DNA from: the human T2T-CHM13v2.0 reference genome, Homo sapiens
Reading direction: 5' to 3' (one strand)
Assembly (NCBI RefSeq): GCF_009914755.1
Contig: NC_060939.1
DNA: 64,000 nucleotides
The first letter of the stretch is position 1. Every line of letters begins with the position of its first letter. Under the pieces are notes generated by a model. It did not search any database. It was not told where the DNA came from and worked only from the letters and a program-made list of their open reading frames with translations. The position numbers and the translations under genes are program-made. Below, piece by piece: positions 1-17,150 of the stretch.

Positions 1-300
1 AGTGAACATATGCATGCATGTGTCTTTATAATAGAATGATTTATATTCCTTTGAGTATATACCCAGTAATGGGATTGCTGGGTCAAATGCTATTTCTGTC
101 TTTAGGTTTTTGAAGAATTGCCACACTGTCTTCCACAATGGATGAACTAATTTACACTCCCACCAACAGTGTATAAGCATTCCTTTTTCTTCACAACTTT
201 GCCAGCATCTGTTATTTTTTTGACTTTTTAGTAATAGCCATTCTGCCTGGTGTAAGATTGCATCTCATTGTGGTCTTGATTTGTATTTCTCTAATTATCA
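1..300 (-). mobile_element. L1 (older L1PA/L1PB) 3'-region fragment, cut by the window edge
   Basis: Antisense match to the L1 ORF2 C-terminal region (ATACCCAGTAATGGGATTGCTGGGTCAAATG...CTCCCACCAACAGTGTA); homologous to about 4020-4310 of this window. Confidence 0.9.
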
Positions 301-2639
301 TGAATAGACAGTTTTGAAAATTTTACAATCTTATGAAGACAAATTAATACAGAATTTTCTGAGCTAGGGTGTAAACGGCTTTTCTGGGGCAAGATTATAG
401 AGATTAAGAAAATGAGGTAGGGAGAAATTGAGCTACATTATTGTCAAGTTTAGCTTGCTGGGAGTTAAAACAAAACAAAAAAACAAAACTGAAGTCTTGG
501 ACTTATTAATAACTATTCCTGGCTTCCTTCCCTCTGCTAAACATGGATTGTCAGATTTCTCTCTGTGAGTTGTCCTCATCCACTACTAGAGTCAGTCCCT
601 GCACTGTATTCCCTGGCAATGATTTTGCAATGAGTTTCATTCAGGTTCTTAACACTTTAGGATAATGTGAACGTTCTCCTTTAGCTTCTCTCTGCTTCCA
701 ATGTCTTCCATTTCTATCTTCCCTGCACACAGAACAGTTTATTTATCTTTCTTAAATACGGCAACTACTCTCAATTGTCTAGAGGATAAAGCACAACACT
801 TTTAAACTTTACCCAACTAGCCTAGAAAAAAATTTCTCATATTTGTTATCTCACAGATACTAGAATATATTGATTTATACCTACTTCTTTTTCCCACACA
901 AATTAGCCCACTATGAATAACCTCCACAGTCTCTTTTTTGTTGTTGTTGTTATCTATCTGAATTCTGCCCATTTAAGGTAAACTGATGTCTACAATTACT
1001 CCTGCTCAAGTACTTCTAGAGCCTTCTAACATCTGGTATCCAATTCCGTCTTTAAAGTACCTACCTACTACCATGGTTTCAGTTTTCTTGACTGTATCCT
1101 AACAGAAAAAGTAGTACAAAGGGATCACAAATGCAGAATAAAAGCTAGAAACATAGAATGATTAATACTCACAAATTTTAGAGGAATGGATGGATAGTTT
1201 CATTGTAATTGAAAGTGCGGAGGATTTCTAAGAATTAGTAGACTTTAAAGCATTATTTCAGTGAATCCGTGGCTGAGCACCTACTCTAATCTGCCATCAG
1301 CCATAACGAGAAAAGGAGAATAAACCACGGATTACAAGGCCTTCCCTTCAAGGCTGGTCTTGTTTATTTCTGAATGTCTTCACAGAGAACTCAGTTCTAA
1401 TTTTGCAGAGTTTTATGTTACATGCATAGGACAGAAAATAGTGACTAGGGAAGCTCTGAGATTTCTAGCATGCCTGTTGAATAAATAATACTATTTTTTC
1501 AACTTTCTTACTGCTTTCATCTTAGGATCTACAGCACTCTAAAATACTAGTCAAACTTCAGAATACTCCTGTACTAAGCTTATGGGTGATCTTTTTCTGA
1601 GATTTACTAAGGGGAAAATTTGATGGATCGCAGGCTGCCAAGCAAGTTCCCTGGAAGATGCAGATCAGACCAAGGAGCAGCCTTTTTGCCACAACAGGTA
1701 GTCATGTTACTGCTTCAGGACTGCAAGATGGAATAGATGAAAATGTGTTCATGTAGGTGGCCTTAAGAATGTCACACAGAATTTGAAAAGTGAGAGCTTA
1801 TCCTTAGAAAAAGAAAAAGGCTAAAGGCTGGTAGACATAAGAGATAGGACTGGAGACTTGGAGAACAGGCTGATATCTTCTTAAATGCTGGGCAGACTTT
1901 AAAAAAAATTCTGTGGTCTGTTTTTGCTAACTAGACCCTATATACTCTTCTTAGTAACATCCTTACATGGAAATAACCATCTTTGTGCCATTAGTTCAGT
2001 CTCAGATGGAAAGAATGAGAAATCATCTAAATAGAGATGCAGAAAAGATTTAGCAGGATGAAAAGAACTGAACAGCACCGAGAGATGGGTGATATATAGT
2101 TCTGGAATCATACATTCAAAACACAAGCTGGTGAGACATTTAGAGAAAACACTTTGCATGCACTTGTCTTCAGCCCTCTAGCCCACGAATCAAAGCAGTG
2201 TTTCAGGACAACCAAGGGTTCTTTGAATCATCTCTCGTATTCCTGTGGGACTTCCCTAGTCTTTGGATCCCTCACATTGCTCACTGCTCTGTGTCTCAAG
2301 CCTCGTCTCCTTGACATCCATATGGATTAGCTTTCTGGCTGCCAGTTTAGCACCATTTCCTTGATTCTGAGAACTTTACACATAGGTATCCTGCCATTTA
2401 CATTCCACATGGCTCCTCACACATGCGTACAACATCCATCAATTCATTTCTTTATAAATCTGAAATTCAGTGAGTTCCAACCATATGCTAAGGACTGTGC
2501 TAGGTGCTGGAAATCAGTAGTGAGCAACACACTGATTTTTAGGAGTTTATGTGTTAAGAGGAGAGGGACTAAAATATTAAAAATTATTTAAACAAAAAGT
2601 ATTTGTATAAACGTCATGTAGAAAAACATAGAATGTTTG

Positions 2640-3030
2640 ATGGCAAATAAAACTCCTTATCTAGGGCTTCAGGTGCATTGTCCCAGAGGTGTCACCTCTA
2701 GACTAAGACCTATGGCTATTGAATTTGAAGGGACATGGGGCGGAATAGAGTGGCGAGGACTCCTGGGTAGGTGCCTTTTGTGAAATTCTGAGTTAGGAAG
2801 GATCTGTTCTCTTTGAGGAATGAGTGTAGGCTAATGCCACTGGAGCAGATTAAGCATGAGGGAGGAAGGCTTCGTCTTGCTCTCCAAGAGGACAAATGCC
2901 TGGGTAGCAGAAAGGAAAATGAAGGAAAGGAAATGGATTCAACTGCTGATTTGGACCTGGGGACAATTCAGTTGAGGGTGTGAGGAAAGTGAGGTGGCCA
3001 GTATGGCTCCATGTTTCTAGATGAAGAAAG
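2640..3030 (-). mobile_element. L2 fragment (approximate bounds)
   Basis: Degenerate purine-rich L2-like sequence; boundaries are not sharp. Confidence 0.4.
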
Positions 3031-3164
3031 GACATCTGGGCAGCATCTGCCTGATGTTGGCCAAGCCTATGATATACAGCAAACAGGTGCCCAGTTTCAT
3101 CTGTCAAGAATAATATAAAATGTAGCAATACTTGTTCCCCTATTCACATATTTCTGAAAATAAG

Positions 3165-3190
3165 AGTGTGTGTGTGTGCCTGTGTGTGTA
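3165..3190. repeat. (GT)n microsatellite, interrupted
   Basis: gtgtgtgtgtgtgcctgtgtgtgt. Confidence 0.85.
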
Positions 3191-3782
3191 AGGTGTGGAA
3201 GTCAAGAAAAGGCTGCTGTCATGATCTCTGGGTAGTTTTTGAGAAAGGAGGAAAGGCCCAGGAAATAAAATGTAAATGAGATGCATAGTAATGGTGAAAT
3301 TAAAAAATGGAGTCGGAAGTAACCATGAATTAGATCATTAAGGCAGAATGTTCTGGAAGAACATGGAGAGGATAAACAGCTTAGCTGAGTTCTTGATTAC
3401 ATACAGAAGTGAAACCCTTGCATATGCACAAAATTATATTAATATAAGAAGTCTTTGATGTGATTAAAGTCAAGACATTAAACTTACTGAGCATATATGA
3501 GTCATTATTTGAAATTTTTGTATATTCAAATTAAGTTGTATTATTTTTCTGGATACAATTTTTTTATATATATATTTTTATTATACTTTAACTTTAGGGT
3601 ACATGTGCACAATGTGCAGGTTTCTTACATAAGTATACATGTGCCATGTTGGTGTGCTGCACCCATTAACTCGTCATTTACATTAGGTGTATCTCCTAAT
3701 GCTATCCCTCCCCCCTCCCCCCACCCCACAACAGGCCCCGGTGTGTGATGTTCCCCTTCCTGTGTCCAAGTGTTCTCATTGT

Positions 3783-7608
<3,826 letters not shown>

Positions 7609-7671
7609 TATGATGTTAGCTGGTTATTTTGCTTGTTAGTTGATGCAGTTTCTTCCTAGCATCGATGGCCT

Positions 7672-8687
7672 TTACAATTTGGCATGATTTTGTAGTGGCT
7701 GGTACCGATTGTTCCTTTCCATGTTTAGTGCTTCCTTCAGGTGCTCTTTTAGGGCAGGCCTGGTGGTGACAAAATCTCTCAGCATTTGCTTGTCTGTATA
7801 GTATTTTATTTCTCCTTCACTTATGAAGCTTAATTTGGCTGGATATGAAATTCTGGGTTGAAAATTCTTTTCTTTAAGAATGTTGAATATTGGTCCCCAC
7901 TCTCTTCTGGCTTGTAGAGTTTCTGCTGAGAGAGCTGCTGTTCGTCTGATGGGCTTTCCTTTGTGGGTAACCTGACCTTTCTCTCTGGCTGCCCTTAACA
8001 TTTTTTCCTTCATTTCAACTTTGGTGAATCTGACAATTATGTGTCTTGGAGTTGCTCTTCTCGAAGAGCATCTTTGTGGCATTCTCTGTGTTTCCTAATT
8101 TGAATGTTGGCCTGCCTTGCTAGGTTGGGGAAGTTCTCCTGGATAATATCCTGCAGAGTGTTTTCCAACTTGGTTCCATTCTCCCCGTCACTTTCAGGTA
8201 CACCAATCAGACGTAGATTTGGTCTTTTCACATAGTCCCATATTTCTTGGAGGCTTTCTTCGTTTCTTTTTATTCTTTTTTTTCTACACTTCTCTTCTTG
8301 CTTCATTTCATTCATTTGATCTTCAATCACTGATACCCTTTCTTCCAGCTGATCGAATTGGCTACTGAAGCTTGTGCATTCGTCACATATTTCTCGTGCC
8401 ATGGTTTTCAGCTCCATCGGGTCCTTTAAGGACTTCTTTGCATTGGTCATTCTAGTTAGCCATTTGTCTAATCTTTTCTCAAGGTTTTTAACTTCTTTGT
8501 GATGGGTTCGAACTTCCTCCTTTAGCTCAGAGAAGTTTGATCATCTGAAGCCTTCTTCTCTCAACTCATCAAAGTCATTATCCGTCCAGCTTTGTTCCAT
8601 TGCTGGTGAGGAGCTGCGTTCCTTTGGAGGAGGAGAGGCACTCTGATTTTTAGAATTTTCAATTTTTCTGTTCTGTTTTTTCCCCAT
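7672..8687 (-). pseudogene. ORF1: L1 ORF1 (RNA-binding chaperone), disrupted
   Basis: ATG at 8685-8687; motifs WDYVKRPNLRLIGVPE and ARREWGPIF...YPAKLSF. Premature TGA at 8541-8543 and a 1-nt frameshift near 8096. Confidence 0.95.
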
Positions 8688-9170
8688 CTTTGTGGTTTTA
8701 TCTTCCTTTGGTCTTTGATGATGGTGACGTACAGATGGGGTTTTGGTGTGGATGTCCTTTCTGTTTGTTAGTTTTCCTTCTAACTGTCAGGACCCTCAGC
8801 TGCAGGTCTGTTGGATTGTGCTGGAGGTCCACTCCAGACCCTGTTTGCCTGGGTATCAGCAGCGGAGTCTGCAGAACAGCGAATATTGCTGAACAGCAAA
8901 TGTTGCTGTCTGATCGTTCCTCTGGAGGTTTCAAATCAGAGGGGTACCTGCCTATGTGAGGTGTCAGTCTGCCCCTACTGGGGGGTGCCTCCCAGTTAGG
9001 CTACTCGGGGGTCAGGGACCCACTTGAGGAGACAGTCTGTCCATTCTCAGATCTCAAAATCCATGCTGGGAGAACCACTACCCTCTTCAAAGCTCAGTTG
9101 GAAATGCAAAAATCACCTGTCTTCTGCATCGTTCACACTGGGAGCTGTAGACTGGAGCTGTTCCTATTCA

Positions 9171-9179
9171 GCCATCTTG
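9171..9179 (-). promoter_or_regulatory. L1 5'UTR YY1 binding site (CAAGATGGC)
   Basis: gccatcttg located about 12-20 nt from the L1 5' end. Confidence 0.85.
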
Positions 9180-11019
9180 GAACCGCGCCTCTGGATACAA
9201 GTTTATTAAAATGAAGACAAACTTACATGGGAATATTGCCTGGAAAGTAGAATCAAATATGCAATAAATTTCTAGAAATTAACAAATGGTTTCATTTACA
9301 TTATAAGCAATTATTGATTTATAACCATTAATCTTTTCATTTGTTTTCTGATCTTATAAACACTTCAAATAACATTTATTTAAAAACTTTTTAATTGATT
9401 AAAAATTAATCTCAATAATTATAATAATTTTTGGATAAAGTTTACGTAATCATCATTATTATTAAAAATGTAAAAAGTCCAACTATATAAAGTTAAACCT
9501 GTACAGAAGACCACAAACTTATTCAAGCATATTTTTGCTTTGTCAAAAATCTTTTTCCCTTAACGTCAAACAAAAGATTATAGAGCTAAGTAGTACGTTT
9601 CTATGAAAAGAAAAATAACAATGACAACAATGAAAATAAAAGTCAGGACTTAAGCTAAGAAAGAATAGAAAACCTTAAGGAATATAATAGTGACAGGCAA
9701 TTTTAGCATTAATTATATAATCTCTTATTTAAAGTTAAACATCGCTATGAAAAAACTGAAACAGTCTCTTGCTGAATGTGATATGCCAGCTGAATAATGA
9801 GGTTTGGCTTCTAAGTAGCTTAAACTTAGCCTGGAAATGCAGATTGTTGGTATTTTCTCTGCCCTCCAAAATTGTGATAATGAAATCTTTTAGTCTTTCC
9901 ATTTCTGTTATACATAAATATGATAAAACAAGAACAAGAAAATATGTTTTCATTGCCTTAGGATGATGCATTTCAACTCAGAGTCTTCATATAATTAACA
10001 TACTATCAGAACTTCTACAATGGCAGTAGTCAATACTGAGAGCAAAAGGAATCCCAAAATTCTTCCATAACGAAATGTATTATTAGCAAAGATTTATTTA
10101 ACAATTTCAAAGTATTTTATAGTCTAAAAATCACATACATTCACACCTTTGTATATTTGAATAAATGCCTAAGAAAATGAAACCAATGTTTAAAGAAAAC
10201 ACATTTTTAAATTTTAAAGCAAAGATAATTTATAGCTCTAATTAAAATGTTAAATACCTCTTAAGTGTGTCTACGATTCATGGGCAAAGCAGTCAGTACT
10301 CTTGACGGATTTTATTTCTTGACAATTTTTGCTCACTTGAAATCCATAGAAAATATGCCCACAAGGTTAACAACAATTTTAGAATAACTTATGAATTGGC
10401 TTTTAGGTAAAGTTTCTGAATATTCCTTCTTGAGCTACATCCTGCTTCACACATAAATTATGATATAAATTGTTCTAAATGTAATATATATTATCGTTAC
10501 ATGTGATCAAGTGTCAAACATGTCCCCAAATACCTGTTCACCTCATCTGCATGACTGAATGGTAGAAGTTTTAGAGTTATTACCCCAAGCAACAATGTCA
10601 GCCATCTCTAATCTTCCCTACACTTCCCACAGTTCTCTCATAGATGACAATATGCCCTTCACCAAGATCCATCCTTTCTTAATTATATGGAAAACCTCAA
10701 TTTCATAACCCATGAACAGAAAGGAGAAAAATCTCTCATTCTTTTACTCTCTACAGTGCCAAATATACTGTTTGATTTTTCTCTTTCTGCCTCTCTGACT
10801 CTGTTTTCCTGTGTCTTTTTCTTTATCTTCTCTCTTTTTTAGTGATCAGGTAATTGCTTCTGGTCCATACTGTGGCCTCTTTTCCATAGTTTTATTTTCC
10901 AAGCGCGCTCTGCATTATCGATTCCTCTCCCTCTCTAGATTATACCAGTTCTCTATTTTTTAGTAGCTTCATTTTGGAAACACCAGCAGTGACATTTTTA
11001 TGAACACACTACATTTCCG

Positions 11020-11050
11020 TACACACACACGCACACACATACATACACAC
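11020..11050. repeat. (CA)n microsatellite, interrupted
   Basis: acacacacacgcacacacatacatacacac. Confidence 0.85.
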
Positions 11051-12143
11051 CTCTGTTTAAGACCTTGAAACCCAGAAAATTCTAAAAAAGTAGATCAGAG
11101 ATGTACTTCCTTTCAACAAATTCAACCAAATTTTGGCCAAAAATATCTTTTTGTGAATACTTTGTAAATGTATACCCTCATCTATTGAAAATTATGCATA
11201 ATGTTTCCAGTTCTGTTGATATGCTTCGGTATAGGGTGGCATTTTTTCCTATTTTCAGTTAAGAACTGAATAGAACCCAATGTTGAGAAGGATTGACAAA
11301 TGAGATCCCTTCCTGAAGCAACTATGAGGGGAATATAAGGTCCACAATGTAGCTCCTTTTTGAAATATTTGTGATTAACCACTGAATTACACTAATCTCT
11401 TTGTAAAATCCTGCATTATCATGTAGCATATGCAGTATTGGAAATTTAAAAAATATATGTAATTCTTCTATACACTTCGAATTTTTAGTCCAAATGTCAA
11501 ATGATAAATTATAAATGCTGAGCACTAATGTTCTCCCTCCAAATTGCATTAAAAGTGCTCTGCAGCATAGGAAATGGAAATTTTAATTCACTAGTCTACT
11601 TACAACCTCAAATTAATCTTCTTACAACATTTTCTGTCTTACAAGTATATTTACATATCAATTTACTCAACTGAAATTAGAACATTTGTAAGAATTGATA
11701 TATGCATAAAAATGTTGATTCTGTATAATTAGCATTTTTATTATTGATAGCATTTTTTAAATTAGAAGAAAAAACAAGGTTTATTATGTTATGAAAAGCC
11801 AGCAGAAACATGCAATTGCGAGATTATATCCTTAAATATTCACGGATGTCCTGTTTCCGTTTTATTTACCCCAGCTTCTTGACTTAGTAATCTTGAATTC
11901 AGCAAATATTTATATATGTTGGCTAGGTATCCTTTACAATACGTAGTAAAAATCACTGATAACTTGAATGAAGCATTGCAGGAAGTATCCTAAACAACAC
12001 TAGGAAAAAAATCTATTGTTAATATATTGAAAATTACAAAAGTAAATCCATCCCTCTTATGCTAAAATAATGAAATTTGTTCTTTGTAATTTCCTAGAAG
12101 TAGATGGATAATTTACAAATTTTTGATTAGTATATTATTTAAC

Positions 12144-12450
<307 letters not shown>

Positions 12451-13049
12451 TAACATATAGAAAAGGGAAGCACGTAATATTCTTTTCACTCACATGCTAG
12501 TGATGCCTTCTCATTTTCAGTAGAGCACTGCTTGGAATTTTATATGATTGGGCATTTGCACTTTATAGCAACAAACTGATCAGTTGGTGGGGTGCTGAGA
12601 TAATATGTGCTAATATTTCATTTATACCGTAATTAGGAGGAAAATTATTGGAGACATGTCAGCTTATGTGTGAAATACATTCAGGGTCAGAATACAAAAA
12701 TCACAAGTACACATAAGGCATTTGGCAGAAGCTTCCTGACCAAGCTTCGAAGTGTTACAACATAGATTATTTGCCTCCAATTCAAAATGTCTCTTCCCTT
12801 AAATTAGGGACATAAATGGAACCATATTTTTCAGTGCTTGAGAAAGCATCCTTTTAGAGCAATGGTATTGAATTAAGAAATTCTGGTTCAGAATACAGTG
12901 GAACTTTAGTGTCCCATGGACAACCCTTCAATATTTCTTATTTATTTATGAACTCATAATCAATCCTGTATATTCAGAGAAGACAGAAATAATGGCTGAG
13001 ATCTTTTCCACCTCAGTTGGCTTGATTTTCTAGGCATAGATATACTGTT

Positions 13050-13190
13050 GCTTAGGATCATAGAAAGAGCACTGGGGCAAGGGTCAGGAGAGCTGAATCC
13101 TAGTCCTTGGTTTGACACTTATAGGATGTGGGATTAGCCTCTATTCTCCTGTCTGTAAGTACCTTTCCTTTCTTAGAGTTGTGACTATAA
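13050..13190. mobile_element. MIR fragment
   Basis: MIR core-like sequence (agagcactgg...gagctgaatcctagtcc...cctgtctgtaa). Confidence 0.55.
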
Positions 13191-13329
13191 GGATTTTATT
13201 TTTATTTTAAGTTTTAATTTCTCATCTCCTCCTTCCACAAACATATAAAAACTCGACACCGTCCCTCAATTATCTTGTTAATGCCTCTTTCTTTTCACTA
13301 ATTTTATGGCCAAATTACTGTTGTTCCTG

Positions 13330-13950
13330 GGGAAAAAAATAAATGACAAGAGCAAATCTCTATCATTTTCAAGCCCCAGTGGTAAATAATGTTAGCAGTT
13401 TTGGGTGGATCCTTTCAGAAATTTTCAGTGTATATATATTCTCATTATATGGTGATGAAATTATTCTCTACAAACTCAATTTCTACTCTTCTTTTTGTAA
13501 TGCAATACTTATTGACCACATTTATATTAACATATCCTTTATAACATCTGCATAATATTCCATGGAACGGTCACTTTGTAGTGTAGCTAATAAGTTTATA
13601 TTAATGGATTTTTTTACTATTATAAATAATACTGTAATAAGCATCTTCATATATATTCATCTAGATTGATTCTTAGTGTAAATTATTAGTGGTGCCATTG
13701 CTGGATGAAAGGAAGTGAGTGTTTTAATTTGCCAGATATTTGTAATGGCTCTTCGAAAATTTGGAACTATTACAGTCTCGCAGGTAGTGCATTAGCATGT
13801 TTCTTTCCTTTATCTTTGCCAAAATTGAATGTTTTACAGCTAAAATTTTTGTTAATCTGATATTCTTATTGTTTCAATTGACATTTTTTAAAAAGTTATG
13901 ATTGAGGTTGGACTTTTTTCATATGTATATTAATTATCAACATGCTTTTT
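13330..13950 (-). mobile_element. Ancient L1 (L1ME-like) 3' fragment
   Basis: Degenerate antisense L1 3' motifs (gcataatattccat, attgctggat, ttttttcatatg). Confidence 0.55.
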
Positions 13951-14904
13951 CTGATTAACTCAATAATTTTTAGTAAGTTGTTTATATGCTATGATTTCAT
14001 TTTTACCACCTACCCCACTTTACAAATAAAAGAATAATGTATTGTCAATATGGATAATTTGGAAAATGTACAAAAGTTAGCAAAACAATCGAACAGGAAG
14101 CTGAAGAAGGAAGGAAAATGCTGCTATCTTGATAAAGTAAGTAAAAAAAAAAAAAATCTATTGGATTTGATGACTGGCAGGGTGATCCAAAGCCTAGAAT
14201 CTTACCACAGACCCAATCAATCACCAACTACCACCAATTTCTTCTTCTCGTATCTCACATTATCTCTCTTCTCAGCCCTTTGTGTTCACCATGGTATTTG
14301 ATTTCTGATTATTCTTTCTCCAGACTAGCCCTGCTTGCAACTTCCACGTGCAGTCCTCCGCAATGCTGCCAGAGCGGCAGCTACAACTCTATGATTGAAG
14401 GCATCGCCCTCCTGGTTCTCCATATTGTTTGCCATCTTGGACAGATAAACTAGATGAGCTCTTTTTTCAACACTCAGAGAATGTTTTGAATTCACATTTC
14501 TGCCATCTTACTCACCTATTCGAATCAGTTCCCTCCCCCTCCCTTGTATCAAATATTGTCTCTGATAATAATACATTGAGTTATTTGTAGTTCCTGAAGA
14601 ATTTCATGTTCTTATAACATGAAATTTTTTCCCACACTATTTGTTATAACTAGTTTACCTATTTCTGCCTAAATAAAATCTTCTCCAAATTTCAGATCAG
14701 ACATTACTTTAGGTGAAGACTTTCCAGTCTGACTTCCCTTACCCGAGGTAGGTATTTATTCTTTCCTCATTTCACAGGACTTTGCAAATCCCACTATTAT
14801 GGTAGATAGAATATTAAAATCTAAATTGCTGGCTTGCGTGTCTATTTTTTCTACTCAGGATGAGTTCATTCTCAGTAGTGATCATGTCTTTGGTTTTCAA
14901 CAAA

Positions 14905-15275
14905 AGTGGTTTTCTTTGGATTTTCCAGAAACAGAACCTAAGAGAAGAATTCATGTGAAAATAATTTATTAAGGAAGAGCTCCAGGGTAGATAAATAAGG
15001 CAACTAGTGAAGTAGGGCAAGAAAGAGAAGGAAGTCAGGCAAGTGTGTGATCGCCATGCAAAGCCCAAGAACAGCCTTTAGCCTGATTCCACAGGGAAAC
15101 TTTGGAGCGTAAACTAAGCTTCAGGGCTATTCCAGACTATGGATCTGGGTCTTTCGTCAGTATCTTTCAGTCACTGGTTAGTGGAAACCTTACGGGGATT
15201 TAAACTCCCAGGCCCTTCACGCCCTTTGTAAGCAAGGCCCAGGTAGCTGCAGTAGCTGAATGGCATTTCTCCAAA
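14905..15275 (-). mobile_element. LTR16-family ERVL solo LTR fragment
   Basis: Reverse complement gives cttccttaataaattattttcacatgaattc...aggttctgtttctggaaaatcc, resembling the LTR16 3' end. Confidence 0.65.
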
Positions 15276-16084
15276 GGAAAAAAAACCATGTAGGCACTCA
15301 GTAAATTTTGAATGGCTGGCTGGCGGGACGAATGGATAAATGACGAATTATGCAACTTGGGGTGGCTTGAAAGACAACAGGGGGACATTGAAGACTTTTC
15401 ACGAAGACAGTGGTACCCTCAAAATGATAACTTGAGTAGATAAGTTTAGAAGCATTGAGTAGAATAGATTAATGGAAGGAAAGCTAAATGCAGGAACAGT
15501 GTTTAACAGAAAATTGCCATGGCGATAAAGTCCTGTTCTAGCATGGAAGCAGCGGTATGCAAGATAAGACATGCCTTGGATTCATATTGGAAATGAAAAT
15601 TTAATCATTCTTGATGACTGTCGGCATTTGTGAGATAAAGGAAAAGAGACAGAGTGGGGGTTTTGTGTTCAAGTGACAGTGGGATTGCTTACAGAAAAGG
15701 AAAATCTGAACACATTGGGAGTTGAGTTATTAGGATAGGCTGGGGGCAGAGATAATGTTAAAAATTCAGCTCTAGATGTGATGAGAGTCAGTAGGGACAA
15801 GCACACACATATATAGCAGACATATTGGAAAAGTGGGACTTGATCTTGGAAGACATGACAGATTGGAAATATGGATGTGAGATTTAGTGTTTAAGACAGG
15901 AGAGCTGAATATGGAATAGGGAGAGGGAACCTTTAAAACAGAGGTTATGGAATAAAGTTATTGAAGAAGAACAGGACTATGACAAATGTCATATGGTGAT
16001 ACAGAAAAAGAGGAGATAGGAAAAGGTAGAGGAGAAACAGGACTTAAATTCACACTGCATTCTTATCTTACTCTAATGACAACT

Positions 16085-16450
16085 TAAGCTGGTATAACTT
16101 TTCTGAACAACAGTTTGACAATAAATACCAAAAATGTTTTAATATTTGGATATTTTATTCCAGCAATCCTACTTTAATCTCAATAAGCCTAAGAAATCAG
16201 CTAGAGATAATCATGTTAGCAACAGTATCAAAATAGTAGTCTAAATGTTGAGCAATAAGAGAATATTATTATAGAACCAAAGGGTGAAATTTTACATAAT
16301 CATTACAGTCGATGATTTTAGACACTATTTAATGCCATAAAATTCTTTTATAAATATTGTTTGAAAAAATAGGCTATAAAATATATAAACCAAAATTACT
16401 AAAATTTATTTTGTTTATATTATGTGCATGTGTGTAGATATGGATAGGTA
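16085..16450 (+). mobile_element. Ancient L1 (L1ME-like) 3' fragment
   Basis: Degenerate L1 3' motifs (ggtataacttttctg, attccagcaatcctactt). Confidence 0.5.
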
Positions 16451-16463
16451 TGTACACAATCTC

Positions 16464-16492
16464 ATTTAGTGTATATAATTTATACACTAAAT
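16464..16492. repeat. Perfect inverted repeat, 12-bp arms with 5-nt loop
   Basis: ATTTAGTGTATA-taatt-TATACACTAAAT. Confidence 0.95.
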
Positions 16493-16558
16493 ATGAATGT
16501 TGACAATTGAGTCTTGATTGATTGTCTATTTTTTTTTCAAATTTTTCCGATTGAGCAT

Positions 16559-16878
16559 GTTTTTTTTTTGTGTGTGTTTTTTGAGAGAGGGTCTCGTTCT
16601 GTTGCCCAGGTCAGAGTGCATTGGCATGATATGGTTCACTGCAGCCTTTACCTCTCCGGCTCAAGTGATCCTCCCATCTCAGCCTCCCTAGTAGCTGGGA
16701 GCATAGGCGTATGCCAATACTCCAAGCTAATTATTATTATTATTTTAGTTATTATTATTATTAGAGATGGGGTTTTTCTTTGTTGCCCAGGCTGGTCTCA
16801 AACTCCTGAATCAAGCAACCCTCCTGCCTCGGCCTCCCAAAGTGCTGTGATTACAGGCATGAGCCACCATGCCTGCCC
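16559..16878 (-). mobile_element. AluJ with central linker expanded to (ATT)n
   Basis: J-type diagnostics (ggctcaagtgatcctcccatctcagcc); (TTA)n at about 16730-16762. Confidence 0.92.
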
Positions 16879-16954
16879 TGAGCGAGTTAGGTTTTGTTTT
16901 TTTTTTTTCCTTTTAAGTGTAAGTGGATGGTGAAAATGGAATCATAGGAGAACT

Positions 16955-17150
16955 TCTGTCTAATATAAAAGTTGCTAGAAATGTTAACTTTAAAATAATT
17001 ATAAATAAATATATAAAAATAAAAGTTCAATTCTTTAATTAGCCATGTTTCAAGAGCTGAATAGCTACGTGTGGTTGGTTAATACTTTATTGTGCAGTAC
17101 TGATTTATAGAATATTTCCATCATAATAGAAAATTGTGTTAGATTGTGTT
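16955..17150 (-). mobile_element. MER3/MER33-type hAT-Charlie MITE
   Basis: tagccatgtttcaagagctgaatagctacgtgtggttgg...tatagaatatttccatcat...agaaa resembles antisense MER3. Confidence 0.7.

Noticed and set aside
9735-9971. 78-aa minus-strand ORF with an acceptor-like site near 9905
   Set aside because: No recognisable protein similarity in any frame and no canonical donor
11182-11549. Two overlapping short minus-strand ORFs in unique DNA
   Set aside because: Chance-length ORFs with no recognisable domain or exon pair
16514-16933. 139-aa ORF, and similar ORFs at 12211, 22602, 28344, 41025, 54524 and 55196
   Set aside because: Typical antisense-Alu translation artefacts
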